Assembly: GCA_038063415.1 (NCBI GenBank)
Contig: JBBTVD010000006.1
Coordinates: 73,948-137,947 of the forward strand
Reading direction: 5' to 3'
Source: Patescibacteria group bacterium
GTDB taxonomy: Bacteria > Patescibacteriota > Microgenomatia > Levybacterales > UBA12049
Length of the DNA stretch: 64,000 bases
In this document: positions 34,127 through 45,988 of the stretch, piece after piece
Layout: each line of letters begins with the position of its first letter
Numbering within the stretch: the first letter of the stretch is position 1
Translations under genes and position numbers: made by a program
Notes under the pieces: generated by a model
Told to the model about the DNA's origin: nothing
Seen by the model: the letters and a program-made list of their open reading frames with translations, nothing else
The model's database searches: none

Positions 34127-36913
34127 TTATTGTACTTCAGGATAGTGGCATTTCTTCCACTTCTTGCCACTCCCACACCAGCAGGGATCGTTGCGGTTAA
34201 GCTTTTTCTTCTTTTCGATTGGTGTACTTTTGGTTTCAGAAATTTCACCTTCTGGTCTGTTGGTTATGAGTTTTCGTTGCTTTGGTCTGGGAAGTGGCGC
34301 TTCCGTATGTGCAGGCCCTGAATGAGTTGATCCATCTGCATGCGTATGGGTTTCTGTCTCATGTACATGTCCCGAGGCACCATGGGGAGGATTGGCAGTT
34401 GGGGATTGTTGTACCTGCATTTTAAAGATTCGATGCACTACTTCATCGTCAATGGCAAACATCAACGATTCAAACATTCTAAACCCTTCGTTTTTATATT
34501 CAACGAGGGGATCACGCTGTGCATATCCTCGAAGTCCAATCCCCTGGCGAAGATTATCCATCGCGTCTAGATGACTCATCCACAGGTTATCAATAACAGA
34601 AAGTAACACAAACTTCTCGATCTGACGCATGAGCGGACTCCCTAATTGCTTTTCTTTTTGACCATAGACGTCATCAGCCAACTTCGTGAGGAATGTTGTT
34701 TTCTCCTCTACGCTATGCTGCTGTTCAAGCTGTTTTAAGAGTTGTTCTTGTGAGGCATCATCAAAAGGAATAACGGTCACAAACTCTCCAAGGATTCGCT
34801 TATTCGCATCTGCTTGCTCTTCAGACTGCTCCGCGATAGTCATCGTAACGAGAGATGAAAGAGCGCTTTGGATACGGTTCTGCACCTCTTCGGTAAGAGA
34901 ATCATCTTGTGCATGAGCCTTCTCAAGGATCTTATGACGAAGAGCATAAATGATCTCACGCTGCTTGTTCAGTACATCATCATATTGTACGAGGTGTTTT
35001 CTGGTATCAAAATGAAACCCTTCTACTTTTACCTGTGCATTTTCAATTGATCGAGAGACAAGTGGATGGGTAAGTGGCACATCCTCTGGCATATTAAACC
35101 GTGTCATCATGCCAGCAATTCGCTCGCCACCAAACAGTCGCATGATATCGTCATCAAGTGCTACAAAGAAACGTGATGCACCAGGGTCTCCTTGTCGACC
35201 AGATCGACCTCGTAACTGATTGTCGATACGACGAGACTCATGGCGCTCCGTACCAATCACATACAGTCCACCAAGCTCCAAAATCTCATCATGCTCTTTC
35301 TGCCATTTCTTATAGGCTGGACTACTCGTATGGGTAGTGCCATCTTCATTTTGCGGAGGCTCTCCACCCAAGATAATATCAACTCCACGACCTGCCATGT
35401 TGGTTGCAATGGTCACAGCACCCTTTTTGCCAGCCTGGGAAATAATCTCAGCCTCTCGTAAATGATTCTTTGCATTGAGAAGTTCGTGTTTGATACCTCG
35501 TCTCTTAAGTAATTCTGAAAGGATCTGGTTTTTATCAATAGAGGTAGTACCAACAAGTACTGGTTGCCCTGTTTTATGAGCATTGTCAATTTCGGTCACT
35601 ACTGCTGAAAATTTTGCTCTCCCCGTCTTATACACTGCATCAGCATGATCAGTACGACTTACATTGCGATGCGTTGGGATCACAACCACATCAAGTTTAT
35701 AAATTTTGCGGAATTCTTCAGCTTCGGTCACCGCAGTACCCGTCATACCAGAAAGCCGCTCATACATACGGAAATAGTTTTGTAGAGAGACGGTCGCGAG
35801 CGTCTTTGATTCCCGCTGTATTGGCACATTTTCTTTTGCTTCAATTGCCTGATGAATACCTTCTGAAAGCCGTCGACCTTCCATCAGACGCCCCGTAAAC
35901 TCGTCAACCAAGATTACTTGATTGTCTTTGACAATATATTCTTTCTCACGATGGAAGAGGGTTCGTGCTTTGAGCGCTGCTTCAATATGATAGACCGTAT
36001 CAAAATCCTTTTCATAGACATTGGCTACACCAAAAAGTTTTTCGATCTTACCAATGCCATGATCTGTCAGATGGGCTGTCCGCATTTTTTCATCAACCTT
36101 GTAGTCAATTTCTGAGGAAAGCTTCCCCACGAGCGTTGCATATTCATAATATTTGGCAGAAGGTGATTCATCAGGTGCAGAGATAATATGTGGCGTACGG
36201 GCTTCATCAATAAGCACAGAGTCTACTTCGTCAACAATAGCGAAGTAGTAGCCTCGTTGGCGGATATTTGCCAAGTCTTGCTCCATATTGTCCCGCAGAT
36301 AATCAAAGCCAAACTCTGAATTAATTCCATAGGTGACATCTGCTTGATAGGCTTCACGACGACTAATAGGCTTCAGATGGGTTAACCGTGCGTCAGAGGC
36401 CTTGTCATCGACATAGGTAGGATCGTAGAGGTACGATCGCTCACTAATCATTGAAGCAACTGATACTCCTAAAAAATGAAAGACTGGTCCCATCCAGCCG
36501 GCATCACGACGTGCAAGATAATCGTTCACCGTAACGAGATGCACACCTCTCCCCGTTAATCCATGCAAATAAAGCGCTGGTACGGCAGTAAGCGTTTTTC
36601 CTTCACCGGTTTTTTGCTCAGCAATTTTGCCCTGAAAGAGCGTAATCGCACCCATCAGCTGTGAATCAAAATGGCGAAGCCCAAGTGTTCTCCAGGCCGC
36701 CTCACGGGCAAGTGCAAAGGCTTCTGGAAGAATAAGATCAAGTGATTCACCTGAAGCAACACGCTCTTGGAGTTCTTTTGTTTTCTTAGGAAAATCTTTA
36801 TCTTTCAGTTTTTTAACAGATGCTTCAAGACCATTAATTCCAGATACAATGGTCTGGATGGACGTAATCTCGCGTTTGTTGGAATCGAAGAGTTTGTTAA
36901 TGAAGCTTAACAT
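34127..36913 (-). CDS. secA: Preprotein translocase ATPase SecA
   Basis: 928 aa with the DEAD-like motor, and it ends with the zinc-finger tail CWCGSGKKWKKCH. Confidence 0.95.
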   Translation of the reverse strand: MLSFINKLFDSNKREITSIQTIVSGINGLEASVKKLKDKDFPKKTKELQERVASGESLDLILPEAFALAREAAWRTLGLRHFDSQLMGAITLFQGKIAEQKTGEGKTLTAVPALYLHGLTGRGVHLVTVNDYLARRDAGWMGPVFHFLGVSVASMISERSYLYDPTYVDDKASDARLTHLKPISRREAYQADVTYGINSEFGFDYLRDNMEQDLANIRQRGYYFAIVDEVDSVLIDEARTPHIISAPDESPSAKYYEYATLVGKLSSEIDYKVDEKMRTAHLTDHGIGKIEKLFGVANVYEKDFDTVYHIEAALKARTLFHREKEYIVKDNQVILVDEFTGRLMEGRRLSEGIHQAIEAKENVPIQRESKTLATVSLQNYFRMYERLSGMTGTAVTEAEEFRKIYKLDVVVIPTHRNVSRTDHADAVYKTGRAKFSAVVTEIDNAHKTGQPVLVGTTSIDKNQILSELLKRRGIKHELLNAKNHLREAEIISQAGKKGAVTIATNMAGRGVDIILGGEPPQNEDGTTHTSSPAYKKWQKEHDEILELGGLYVIGTERHESRRIDNQLRGRSGRQGDPGASRFFVALDDDIMRLFGGERIAGMMTRFNMPEDVPLTHPLVSRSIENAQVKVEGFHFDTRKHLVQYDDVLNKQREIIYALRHKILEKAHAQDDSLTEEVQNRIQSALSSLVTMTIAEQSEEQADANKRILGEFVTVIPFDDASQEQLLKQLEQQHSVEEKTTFLTKLADDVYGQKEKQLGSPLMRQIEKFVLLSVIDNLWMSHLDAMDNLRQGIGLRGYAQRDPLVEYKNEGFRMFESLMFAIDDEVVHRIFKMQVQQSPTANPPHGASGHVHETETHTHADGSTHSGPAHTEAPLPRPKQRKLITNRPEGEISETKSTPIEKKKKLNRNDPCWCGSGKKWKKCHYPEVQ

Positions 36914-36968
36914 AAGACTATTATACTACCACATTTTAGCCTGGAAAAGAAGCACTACTCTTAGGTAG

Positions 36969-38219
36969 TTACGATTTCTTTAGTATATCTTTCCCCATAT
37001 ACTTGCGCAATACTTCTGGGACAACAACACTCCCGTCTTCTTGTTGATAATTCTCAAGGATGGCAACTAAGGGTCGGGTAGAAAAGGCTGTTCCATTCAA
37101 AACATTGAGATACTTTTTTTCATTACCGTCCTGATACTTCATATTGAGACGGCGTGATTGGAAATCCGTTACGGTCGACGCAGAAGTCATCTCACGATAC
37201 TTTTGCTGTGTCGGAATCCATGCTTCGATATCATATTTTCTTGCTGCATTAAAACCAAGATCGCCCGTACATACGTTAATCACTTGATAAGGAATCCCAA
37301 GCTGTTGCATAAACCGTTCTTCAATCGAAAGCAGAAACTCATGCTCACGATCATCATCGCCTTCCGCTACAAAAGACACCATCTCTGTCTTATCAAATTG
37401 ATGCACACGAAAAATGCCCCGCGTATCTTTGCCATAACTTCCTGCTTCACGTCGAAACGCAGTTGAAAAGCCAACATATCTTCGTGGCAAATCTTCTTTT
37501 CTCAATACATCATTCATGTGATACGGAACAATTGATTGCTCAGCAGTGCCTACGAGATATAAGTTTTCATCTTCAATTGTGTAGATCTCCTCTTTATCTC
37601 CCATCTGAGTATAGCCAAGCCCTTCCATGATTTCTTTTTTGATCATGACTGGTGGAACAATTGGAATAAAACCTTCTTTGATGAGGGTATCAAAAGCATA
37701 TTGACGAAGCGCAAATTCAAGCAGTGCACCGTCATTTTTCAGATAATAGAACCGTGCACCACTTACCGTTGCAGCTTGTTTGACGTCAATAATACCCAGT
37801 GACTCACCAAGAACCAGATGATCTTTTGGCTCAAAAGAGAAGCTTGTTGGATCGCCAACGACTTTTATTACTTTATTTCCCGTCTCATCTTTGCCGATTA
37901 TCACGTCAGGTTTTGCTGGATTGGGAAGCCTAAGAAGCAGGTTACGGAGAGTTTGTTCTAAATCTTTTAGTTTGGCTTCTTCTTTCTCTAGTTTTTGTTT
38001 ACGAGATTGGGCATGCTCTTTATTAAATTGATCTGGATTTTTTTTAATCTGTTCATTCAGAGCATTTTTTTCTTCACGAAGACTCTGAACCTTTTGAGCA
38101 GTTTCCCGATGAAGGCTATCTACCTGCAAAAGATCATTTATATTAATTTCAACGCCTTTATTTTTAGCAGATTCTTCTACAGCTTTCGGATTTAGACGAA
38201 TATATTTTATATCTAGCAT
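36969..38219 (-). CDS. serS: Seryl-tRNA synthetase
   Basis: 416 aa with an N-terminal coiled-coil arm and class II aaRS motifs (FRRE, GLGYTQ...). Confidence 0.93.
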   Translation of the reverse strand: MLDIKYIRLNPKAVEESAKNKGVEININDLLQVDSLHRETAQKVQSLREEKNALNEQIKKNPDQFNKEHAQSRKQKLEKEEAKLKDLEQTLRNLLLRLPNPAKPDVIIGKDETGNKVIKVVGDPTSFSFEPKDHLVLGESLGIIDVKQAATVSGARFYYLKNDGALLEFALRQYAFDTLIKEGFIPIVPPVMIKKEIMEGLGYTQMGDKEEIYTIEDENLYLVGTAEQSIVPYHMNDVLRKEDLPRRYVGFSTAFRREAGSYGKDTRGIFRVHQFDKTEMVSFVAEGDDDREHEFLLSIEERFMQQLGIPYQVINVCTGDLGFNAARKYDIEAWIPTQQKYREMTSASTVTDFQSRRLNMKYQDGNEKKYLNVLNGTAFSTRPLVAILENYQQEDGSVVVPEVLRKYMGKDILKKS

Positions 38220-38225
38220 AATAAT

Positions 38226-38322
38226 GTCATCCTGAACTCGTTTCAGGATCTTTTTTTAGAATTCGTCATTCTGGCTCGTCCAGAATCTTATATTTATCAT
38301 GCTGAAATAAATTCAGCATGAC
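38226..38322. repeat. Three GTCAT-hairpin units between serS start and rpsT end
   Basis: The three units are gtcatcctgaactcgtttcaggatc, gtcattctggctcgtccagaatc and atcatgctgaaataaattcagcatgac. Confidence 0.7.
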
Positions 38323-38377
38323 AAAGATAATAAGCTGATTATATCGTGTTTGGAAAAGGTGGTCAATGAGGAAGGAG

Positions 38378-38683
38378 TTACTTTTTCTTAGCCTTGGTTG
38401 CTTTAGTAACTTTTTTACTCTTTGCAGGAGCGGCTTTCTTCTCAGTAGGATTACTTAGCTGTTTGGTAAGCGAAGATTTTATTCTTGCTGCTTTATTCTC
38501 ATGGATGATATTCTGTTGTGCAGCCTTATCAATACCACTAAATGCTTTACTGACAGTTTCTGCTGAAGTTTCGGTACGAGCAGCTTTCACCAATTTCTTA
38601 AAGGCTTCTTTTAGTTTTTTGTTTTGCAAGGTTCGTCCTTTATCTTGACGAAGCTTTTTCTTTGCGTGTTTTAACAATGGCAT
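38378..38683 (-). CDS. rpsT: 30S ribosomal protein S20
   Basis: 101 aa, very basic and helical, with the KKRLRQ and KAARTE signatures of bS20. Confidence 0.8.
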   Translation of the reverse strand: MPLLKHAKKKLRQDKGRTLQNKKLKEAFKKLVKAARTETSAETVSKAFSGIDKAAQQNIIHENKAARIKSSLTKQLSNPTEKKAAPAKSKKVTKATKAKKK

Positions 38684-38740
38684 TTCTGCATTTTAGCATG
38701 ATATACTTAAAAATACAATAATTACCCTACGGTAACTACT

Positions 38741-40411
38741 ATGGCAAAAGATTTTCTCTGGAAAAAGAGCCTTGATCTCATTACCAAACGTCAAACCAAT
38801 ATCCTTTCGGCGGCGTTTGTTATCATGGCAACCGTCATTCTCTCCCAAGTTTTAGGATTGATTCGACAGCGACTTCTGGTAGGCATTTTTGGCGCCTCAG
38901 ATACGCTTGGCATCTATTTTTATGCCTCACAGCTACCAGACACCCTCTTTCAGCTTACTATAGCCGCAGCGCTTACCTCAGCCTTTATCCCTGTATTCTC
39001 TGACTTTTTGACCAGAGGCAAAGAAAAACAAGCCAATATTATGGCTTCAACACTCCTTATGCTTAGCTTTTTTGCTTTTTTTGTCCTCGCCATTCTCCTT
39101 GCCATTTTTACTCCCTTTTTTCTTGGTATCTTCAACCTAGGAAATAATTTTTCTCCAGAGCAAATGACCCTTATGGCAAATCTTACCCGTATTATTATTT
39201 TTGGACAGATATTTTTTATCCTGGGAACATTTTTTACCGCCTTACTCCAATCGTATAACCACTTCTTCGTCCCAGGCTTTGCCGCAGCGCTCTATAACTT
39301 AGGTATTATTATTGGCGTTATTGTTTTTGCGCCTCTCTTTGGCATTTACTCGGCAACTATTGGGGTGATACTTGGAGGCATTATTTTCGTTCTCGTACAA
39401 GTCCCGCTTACTCGCAAGGTCGGTTTCAGATTCACTCCAGTACTTTCAGAAATAAAATCTGAAGGGATAAAAAAAATCGGTACCCTTATGTGGCCAAGGA
39501 CCCTTGCTATTGTCGTCTTCCAACTAGGTACTGTTGCCGTTGGCTCACTGATTTCTTTTCTCCCCGACCCAGGAAGGATGAATGTTATTTTTGATTTTGC
39601 AAAGACACTTGCTTTTGCACCGGTCGCATTGTTTGGTCAAACGATTGCACAAGCAGCCTTCCCAGTGCTCTCTCGTGAGAAAGAAAGGATTGCAGATTTT
39701 AAAGTAACCTTTATCACCAGTTTTAATCAAATGTTGTACCTGGTACTACCTGTCTCAGTGCTTATCTTGATCCTTCGTATCCCGCTTGTCAGACTTGTCT
39801 TTGGAGCAAGTAAATTTGACTGGCCAGCAACAGTACTAACAGGACAAACACTCGCATTCTTTAGTCTTTCTATTTTTGCTCAAGCACTGATTACGCTGAT
39901 TCTTCGAGCCTTTTATGCGCTTCATGACACAAAAATACCGCTTATTATTAACGCTCTCTCAACGGCAATACTGGTCATTATTGCTTATCTCTTTATAGTG
40001 GTATATCACTTTGGTGTACAGAGTCTCGCGATTGCCTTTACTATCTCAAGCATCTTTCAGCTTATTATTTTGTTTATTCTGCTTGATAAACGGGTGGGTG
40101 GGTTTAACAAACTACAACTGCTGCTTCCCTGGACCAAATTTTTTATCTCCTCTGTTTTTACCGCTTTTGCTTTGTATATCCCCATCAAACTGCTTGATCA
40201 ACTTGTTTTTGATACGACCAGAACGATTAATTTAATCATCCTTGCGGGTATTTCAAGTCTTGCAGGGTTGTCTCTCTATCTTTTCTTTACCTGGTTCTTT
40301 GATGTTAAGGAGGCACAAAACTATCTCCAGGTTATTAAAAAGGTAGGTAATTGGCGGGCAATTCTTGCCAAGTCGCAAGAAGTGCTTGAGGGTGGGAAGA
40401 TTAATCAGTAA
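38741..40411 (+). CDS. murJ: Lipid II flippase MurJ (MviN)
   Basis: 556 aa with 14 TM helices and the N-terminal motif LSQVLGLIRQRLLVGIFGAS...YFYASQLPD characteristic of MurJ. Confidence 0.8.
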   Translation: MAKDFLWKKSLDLITKRQTNILSAAFVIMATVILSQVLGLIRQRLLVGIFGASDTLGIYFYASQLPDTLFQLTIAAALTSAFIPVFSDFLTRGKEKQANIMASTLLMLSFFAFFVLAILLAIFTPFFLGIFNLGNNFSPEQMTLMANLTRIIIFGQIFFILGTFFTALLQSYNHFFVPGFAAALYNLGIIIGVIVFAPLFGIYSATIGVILGGIIFVLVQVPLTRKVGFRFTPVLSEIKSEGIKKIGTLMWPRTLAIVVFQLGTVAVGSLISFLPDPGRMNVIFDFAKTLAFAPVALFGQTIAQAAFPVLSREKERIADFKVTFITSFNQMLYLVLPVSVLILILRIPLVRLVFGASKFDWPATVLTGQTLAFFSLSIFAQALITLILRAFYALHDTKIPLIINALSTAILVIIAYLFIVVYHFGVQSLAIAFTISSIFQLIILFILLDKRVGGFNKLQLLLPWTKFFISSVFTAFALYIPIKLLDQLVFDTTRTINLIILAGISSLAGLSLYLFFTWFFDVKEAQNYLQVIKKVGNWRAILAKSQEVLEGGKINQ

Positions 40412-40449
40412 ACCTCCAGTTTCTCTCTCTTATCTGATAAGATAATCTA

Positions 40450-41613
40450 ATGAAGGAGATAAGAAAGATATATGTGGTACACTTTCTTGCTGGATTATCA
40501 ACAGCATCTTCTGTTACTTTTACCCTTTACTTTCTTTCTCATGGCATAGACCAATTTCAGATTGCACAATTGTTTGGTTTTTTTATGCTTGCCCTTGCTC
40601 TATTAGAAATTCCAACGGGTGGGGTCGCTGATACATTTGGACACAAAACCTCGGTGACAGTAGGTCTCTTTTTCCAATCAGTAAGTTTTCTTTTGTTCTT
40701 TCTTTTTCCCAGTTACTGGGGAATATTGAGTGGGATGCTTATGAGTGCGTTAGGATTAGCACTGCAGTCGGGGGCAACTTCATCGCTTATCTACGAACTC
40801 CTTAAAAAAGAACACATCCATCAAGAGTTTAAAAAAATCTATGGCCGAGCAAACGGTTACTTTCTTATTGCAGGGTTCGTTGCTGCACCATTAGGTTCGC
40901 TGGTCTATGCGAGCTATCCTAAAGTTCCTTACTTTTTTTCTTTCTTCGTGCTTCTCCTCTCTGCAATTGTCCTATATACAGTTAAATGGGATTTTATAAG
41001 AAAATCAGTAAACTTTGAAAGCTATAAAAATACGCTTATTAGTGGCGTAATGTTAACGCTCAAACATAAACTTCTTATAGCAATTGTTATTATTGGAATC
41101 GCTCTCACGGTAAATAGATTAGTCTTCAATCAAAATATTAGTCAGCCTTATTTGGTTGGAATTGGGGTTGATGTCGCATATATTGGCTTTATTGCGGCTG
41201 GTATTTCTGCCATCCTTGCTTTTATTTCGATATACTCATATAAGATTGCTGAAAAAATTGGCACGAATGCGTCACTTCTCTTAATTATCATTTTGCCAAG
41301 TATTGCCGTATTTATCCTCGGACTCATCAATAACATGCTGGCATTAGCTATAATACTATTCCTCGTTGTAGGTCATGCCTTTAGAGATCCAGTGGTTACG
41401 CATATAGTCCATGAAGAATTAGATTCAGAGAAGAGAGGCACTATGGCTTCAACAATGAGTTTTCTTACAGGTATTGTCGGAAGTGTCATGCTTCCCTTCT
41501 TCGGCGCAGGAATTGATACATTTGGTATGCATACGACACTTTTTCTTCTGGGAATATTTACTTTTGTTATAGGAGGGATTGGATTTATAGTATTTACCTA
41601 TAAAAAAGCATGA
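40450..41613 (+). CDS. MFS transporter
   Basis: 387 aa with 12 TM helices in a 6+6 arrangement and a GGVADTFGHK-like loop after TM2. Confidence 0.6.
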   Translation: MKEIRKIYVVHFLAGLSTASSVTFTLYFLSHGIDQFQIAQLFGFFMLALALLEIPTGGVADTFGHKTSVTVGLFFQSVSFLLFFLFPSYWGILSGMLMSALGLALQSGATSSLIYELLKKEHIHQEFKKIYGRANGYFLIAGFVAAPLGSLVYASYPKVPYFFSFFVLLLSAIVLYTVKWDFIRKSVNFESYKNTLISGVMLTLKHKLLIAIVIIGIALTVNRLVFNQNISQPYLVGIGVDVAYIGFIAAGISAILAFISIYSYKIAEKIGTNASLLLIIILPSIAVFILGLINNMLALAIILFLVVGHAFRDPVVTHIVHEELDSEKRGTMASTMSFLTGIVGSVMLPFFGAGIDTFGMHTTLFLLGIFTFVIGGIGFIVFTYKKA

Positions 41614-41640
41614 GGAAGTAGTGGAATCACTAGCTTTTTA

Positions 41641-43592
<1,952 letters not shown>

Positions 43593-43762
43593 ATAAATGT
43601 TCCTGAGGTTTCTATCAGTTGGACAGTTAGTATGCTTATTTATACAACAAACGCTTTCTATTTGCAATATCCTATAGAAATGTGCGTCGTAGAATAAACA
43701 GGTATACTATACTATAGTAACAAAGCATACTCAGCAAAGAGTAGTCATATTTTGGTTAGTCC

Positions 43763-43797
43763 TTGACAGCATTGTTTTTCTTCTATACGATAAAAAT
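43763..43797 (+). promoter_or_regulatory. Possible promoter upstream of the PKD surface protein gene (TTGACA at 43763)
   Basis: A ttgaca hexamer is followed about 17 nt later by an AT-rich tatacgat/ataaaaat region, 35-70 nt before the ATG at 43831. The -10 element is not canonical. Confidence 0.25.
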
Positions 43798-43830
43798 ACG
43801 GGTTTTTCTAGAAGCTCTCTCTATATATTT

Positions 43831-45039
43831 ATGCGTTTTAGTGGTAAAAAAATTTTTCTTTTTGGATTTTTGGCTGTACTGCTTGTAGGTATTCCTGTAA
43901 CAGTCTTCTTGGTACAGCAGCAACAGCAAGATATACGAAGCCGAGCAGAAAAATCTACCACAATCTCTTTTACTCCTGAATCATCAGAAGCTGCGCCTCT
44001 GGAAAAACAAGTTGGGGATCCAGTTGCACTTGATATCATGGTTAACCCAGGAAATAATCTTGTTTCCTTTGTCAAACTTGAAATTCAATATGATCCAGAA
44101 AAACTTGCGACCACTGGAGCAAACACCTTTCAACCAAATACAGTAGCCTTTCCAACTGTCCTTGAAGGACCCATTTACTCGCCGGGAAAGATAGCTGTCA
44201 CACTTTCTGTTGGACCAGATCCGACAAAAGCAATCCAGCAAGTTGTTAAAGCTGCAACCGTTAACCTTGAGGCTATAGCAAACACCGATTCAGGAGCACC
44301 TACGCTTGTTACCTATGGTACCACTACCCAAGTACTTTCTATTGGGGCAAGTGATGAAGCAAGTGAAAATGTCCTTGCGAGCACTGTCCCTGCTGCCATT
44401 TCTATCGGCGGTGAGACAGCCGAACCGACAGAAACAATCCCGACAGGATCACCTACTCCATCACCTATCTCGACAGTTCAACCAACCACATCGCCGGGGG
44501 GTACACAACCAACAGTTGAACCGACACAGACTACTGGAGGGACTGGAGGAGGAGATCCAAATCAATCACCCTTCTGTAGTAGTCTGACAGTCGATCGCGA
44601 AACCAATGGAACAGCACCATTCTCGATAACCTTTACTGCCAATGGCAATGATAGTGATGGCACAATTACGCAAGTATCATTTAATTTTGGTGATGGAGAA
44701 GTTGCCAATATAACAACAGCAGGAGGAATTGGAACTAATCAAGTAAACGTTCAGACAGCACACACCTACAATAATCCAGGAACCTATCAAGCATCTGGAG
44801 TCCTCACCGATAGTAATAATGGTTCTAGTGGTCTCAATGAATGTGTTCAAACGATCGTTGTGACAGAAGATACTGGTACAGGTGGGACAGGAGGTGGAAA
44901 TACAACAACGACACAATCAACGTCTGCCAGCGCAACGCCATCTATCCCTCCAACAGGGACAACAGAAATGGCTCTTGGTATCGGAGCAATTGCCCTGGCT
45001 CTGATAGTCGGTGGAGGAATCCTCTTCTTCCTATTATAA
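43831..45039 (+). CDS. Secreted surface protein with a PKD-like domain, Thr/Pro/Gly-rich linkers and a C-terminal IPPTG + TM sorting-like tail
   Basis: N-terminal signal/anchor, PKD-like block (FSITFTANGNDSDGTITQVSFNFGDGE...HTYNNPGTYQASGVLTD), and C-terminus SIPPTGTTEMALGIGAIALALIVGGGILFFLL. Confidence 0.6.
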   Translation: MRFSGKKIFLFGFLAVLLVGIPVTVFLVQQQQQDIRSRAEKSTTISFTPESSEAAPLEKQVGDPVALDIMVNPGNNLVSFVKLEIQYDPEKLATTGANTFQPNTVAFPTVLEGPIYSPGKIAVTLSVGPDPTKAIQQVVKAATVNLEAIANTDSGAPTLVTYGTTTQVLSIGASDEASENVLASTVPAAISIGGETAEPTETIPTGSPTPSPISTVQPTTSPGGTQPTVEPTQTTGGTGGGDPNQSPFCSSLTVDRETNGTAPFSITFTANGNDSDGTITQVSFNFGDGEVANITTAGGIGTNQVNVQTAHTYNNPGTYQASGVLTDSNNGSSGLNECVQTIVVTEDTGTGGTGGGNTTTTQSTSASATPSIPPTGTTEMALGIGAIALALIVGGGILFFLL

Positions 45040-45061
45040 ATTACTCATGTTATACATTTTC

Positions 45062-45130
45062 GTCATTCTGGCCGAGTCCAGAATCCGTTTCGCTTAAGAT
45101 CCTGGATGCGCTGCTGCTTATCAGGATGAC
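45062..45130. repeat. Two GTCAT-hairpin units between convergent genes (surface protein / DinB-like)
   Basis: The two units are gtcattctggccgagtccagaatc (a loop variant of the 27846/38265 unit) and gatcctggatgcgctgctgcttatcaggatgac. Confidence 0.65.
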
Positions 45131-45181
45131 GGGTTGTCTAAGGTGAGTAAAACAGAGAAAATTAATGTTTGATGTATAGAG

Positions 45182-45985
45182 TTACGGATTGGGGAAAAGA
45201 GATTTAATTTTGAGAATAAGCCAAGGTTTTCTCCCCCATACAAAAATCTTTCCTGTCAAAAATGGCTTCCATTGACGAATGATTCCAGATGAAACGAGAA
45301 AATACGCCTGAGGATCTGCTGAAATATGACAATCAATTTTTGAAGGAATATTTTTTGTTAGTATAACTGTACCGTTATCTATAATAAGTGCAAATTGCGG
45401 ACCATTGGTAAGGTCTATGACAAAAGAAGCCACAAGATGCTTTCCTTGCTGTTTATCAAAGACCTGCGGTGTTACTTTTTGAAGAAAAGGAAATATGAAA
45501 TCTATATCTTTGCCCGAAATAGGGAATGGTTTGTTGAGCGTTAAGGCAATAGCACTACCGTGCATAAGTAAATGACACAAACAGTATGCTAATCCTTCAG
45601 GTAGCGTTAAGACACCATAATGAGTCGAAAAGGTGTGGCCATCTGGATACTTATCCGTATCACGAAGAAAAGCATTTACTCTTTTGAGAAGTAGCTCTGC
45701 TAACTTATTACCGTCACGAATAGTATATTCTTTAAGGAAGTCGGCATTTTTTTCAGCAATAATTTCCCGTGTCTTCCCAGGATAAGGACTTTTCGCTCCA
45801 TGTAACACGCTTCTGAATACTTGCTTTGTAACAACTAAATGAGCTGCCATTTCACCAATAGTCCATTCTGAATTTTTTACCTTACGTGAAGTATCTGGTG
45901 TAAGAGTAACTAGTTCTGCTACTCGCTCTGTAACAATACGAATTTCATCTGTTAGTTCTTTTCGTGTAAGAGCATGCGTATGCAT
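45182..45985 (-). CDS. Hypothetical protein, DinB_2/MDMPI-N-like N-terminal domain with SCP2-like C-terminal region (tentative)
   Basis: 267 aa. The N-terminus is a four-helix-bundle type (W..GE...HL), but no firm motif was found. Its stop abuts the lepA start. Confidence 0.35.
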   Translation of the reverse strand: MHTHALTRKELTDEIRIVTERVAELVTLTPDTSRKVKNSEWTIGEMAAHLVVTKQVFRSVLHGAKSPYPGKTREIIAEKNADFLKEYTIRDGNKLAELLLKRVNAFLRDTDKYPDGHTFSTHYGVLTLPEGLAYCLCHLLMHGSAIALTLNKPFPISGKDIDFIFPFLQKVTPQVFDKQQGKHLVASFVIDLTNGPQFALIIDNGTVILTKNIPSKIDCHISADPQAYFLVSSGIIRQWKPFLTGKIFVWGRKPWLILKIKSLFPNP

Positions 45986-45988
45986 ATC

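Noticed and set aside
43721-43750. CIRCE (HrcA operator) upstream of groES
   Set aside because: Only a weak imperfect inverted repeat (gactactc...gagtatgc) is present. It does not match TTAGCACTC-N9-GAGTGCTAA well, and no hrcA is in the window.
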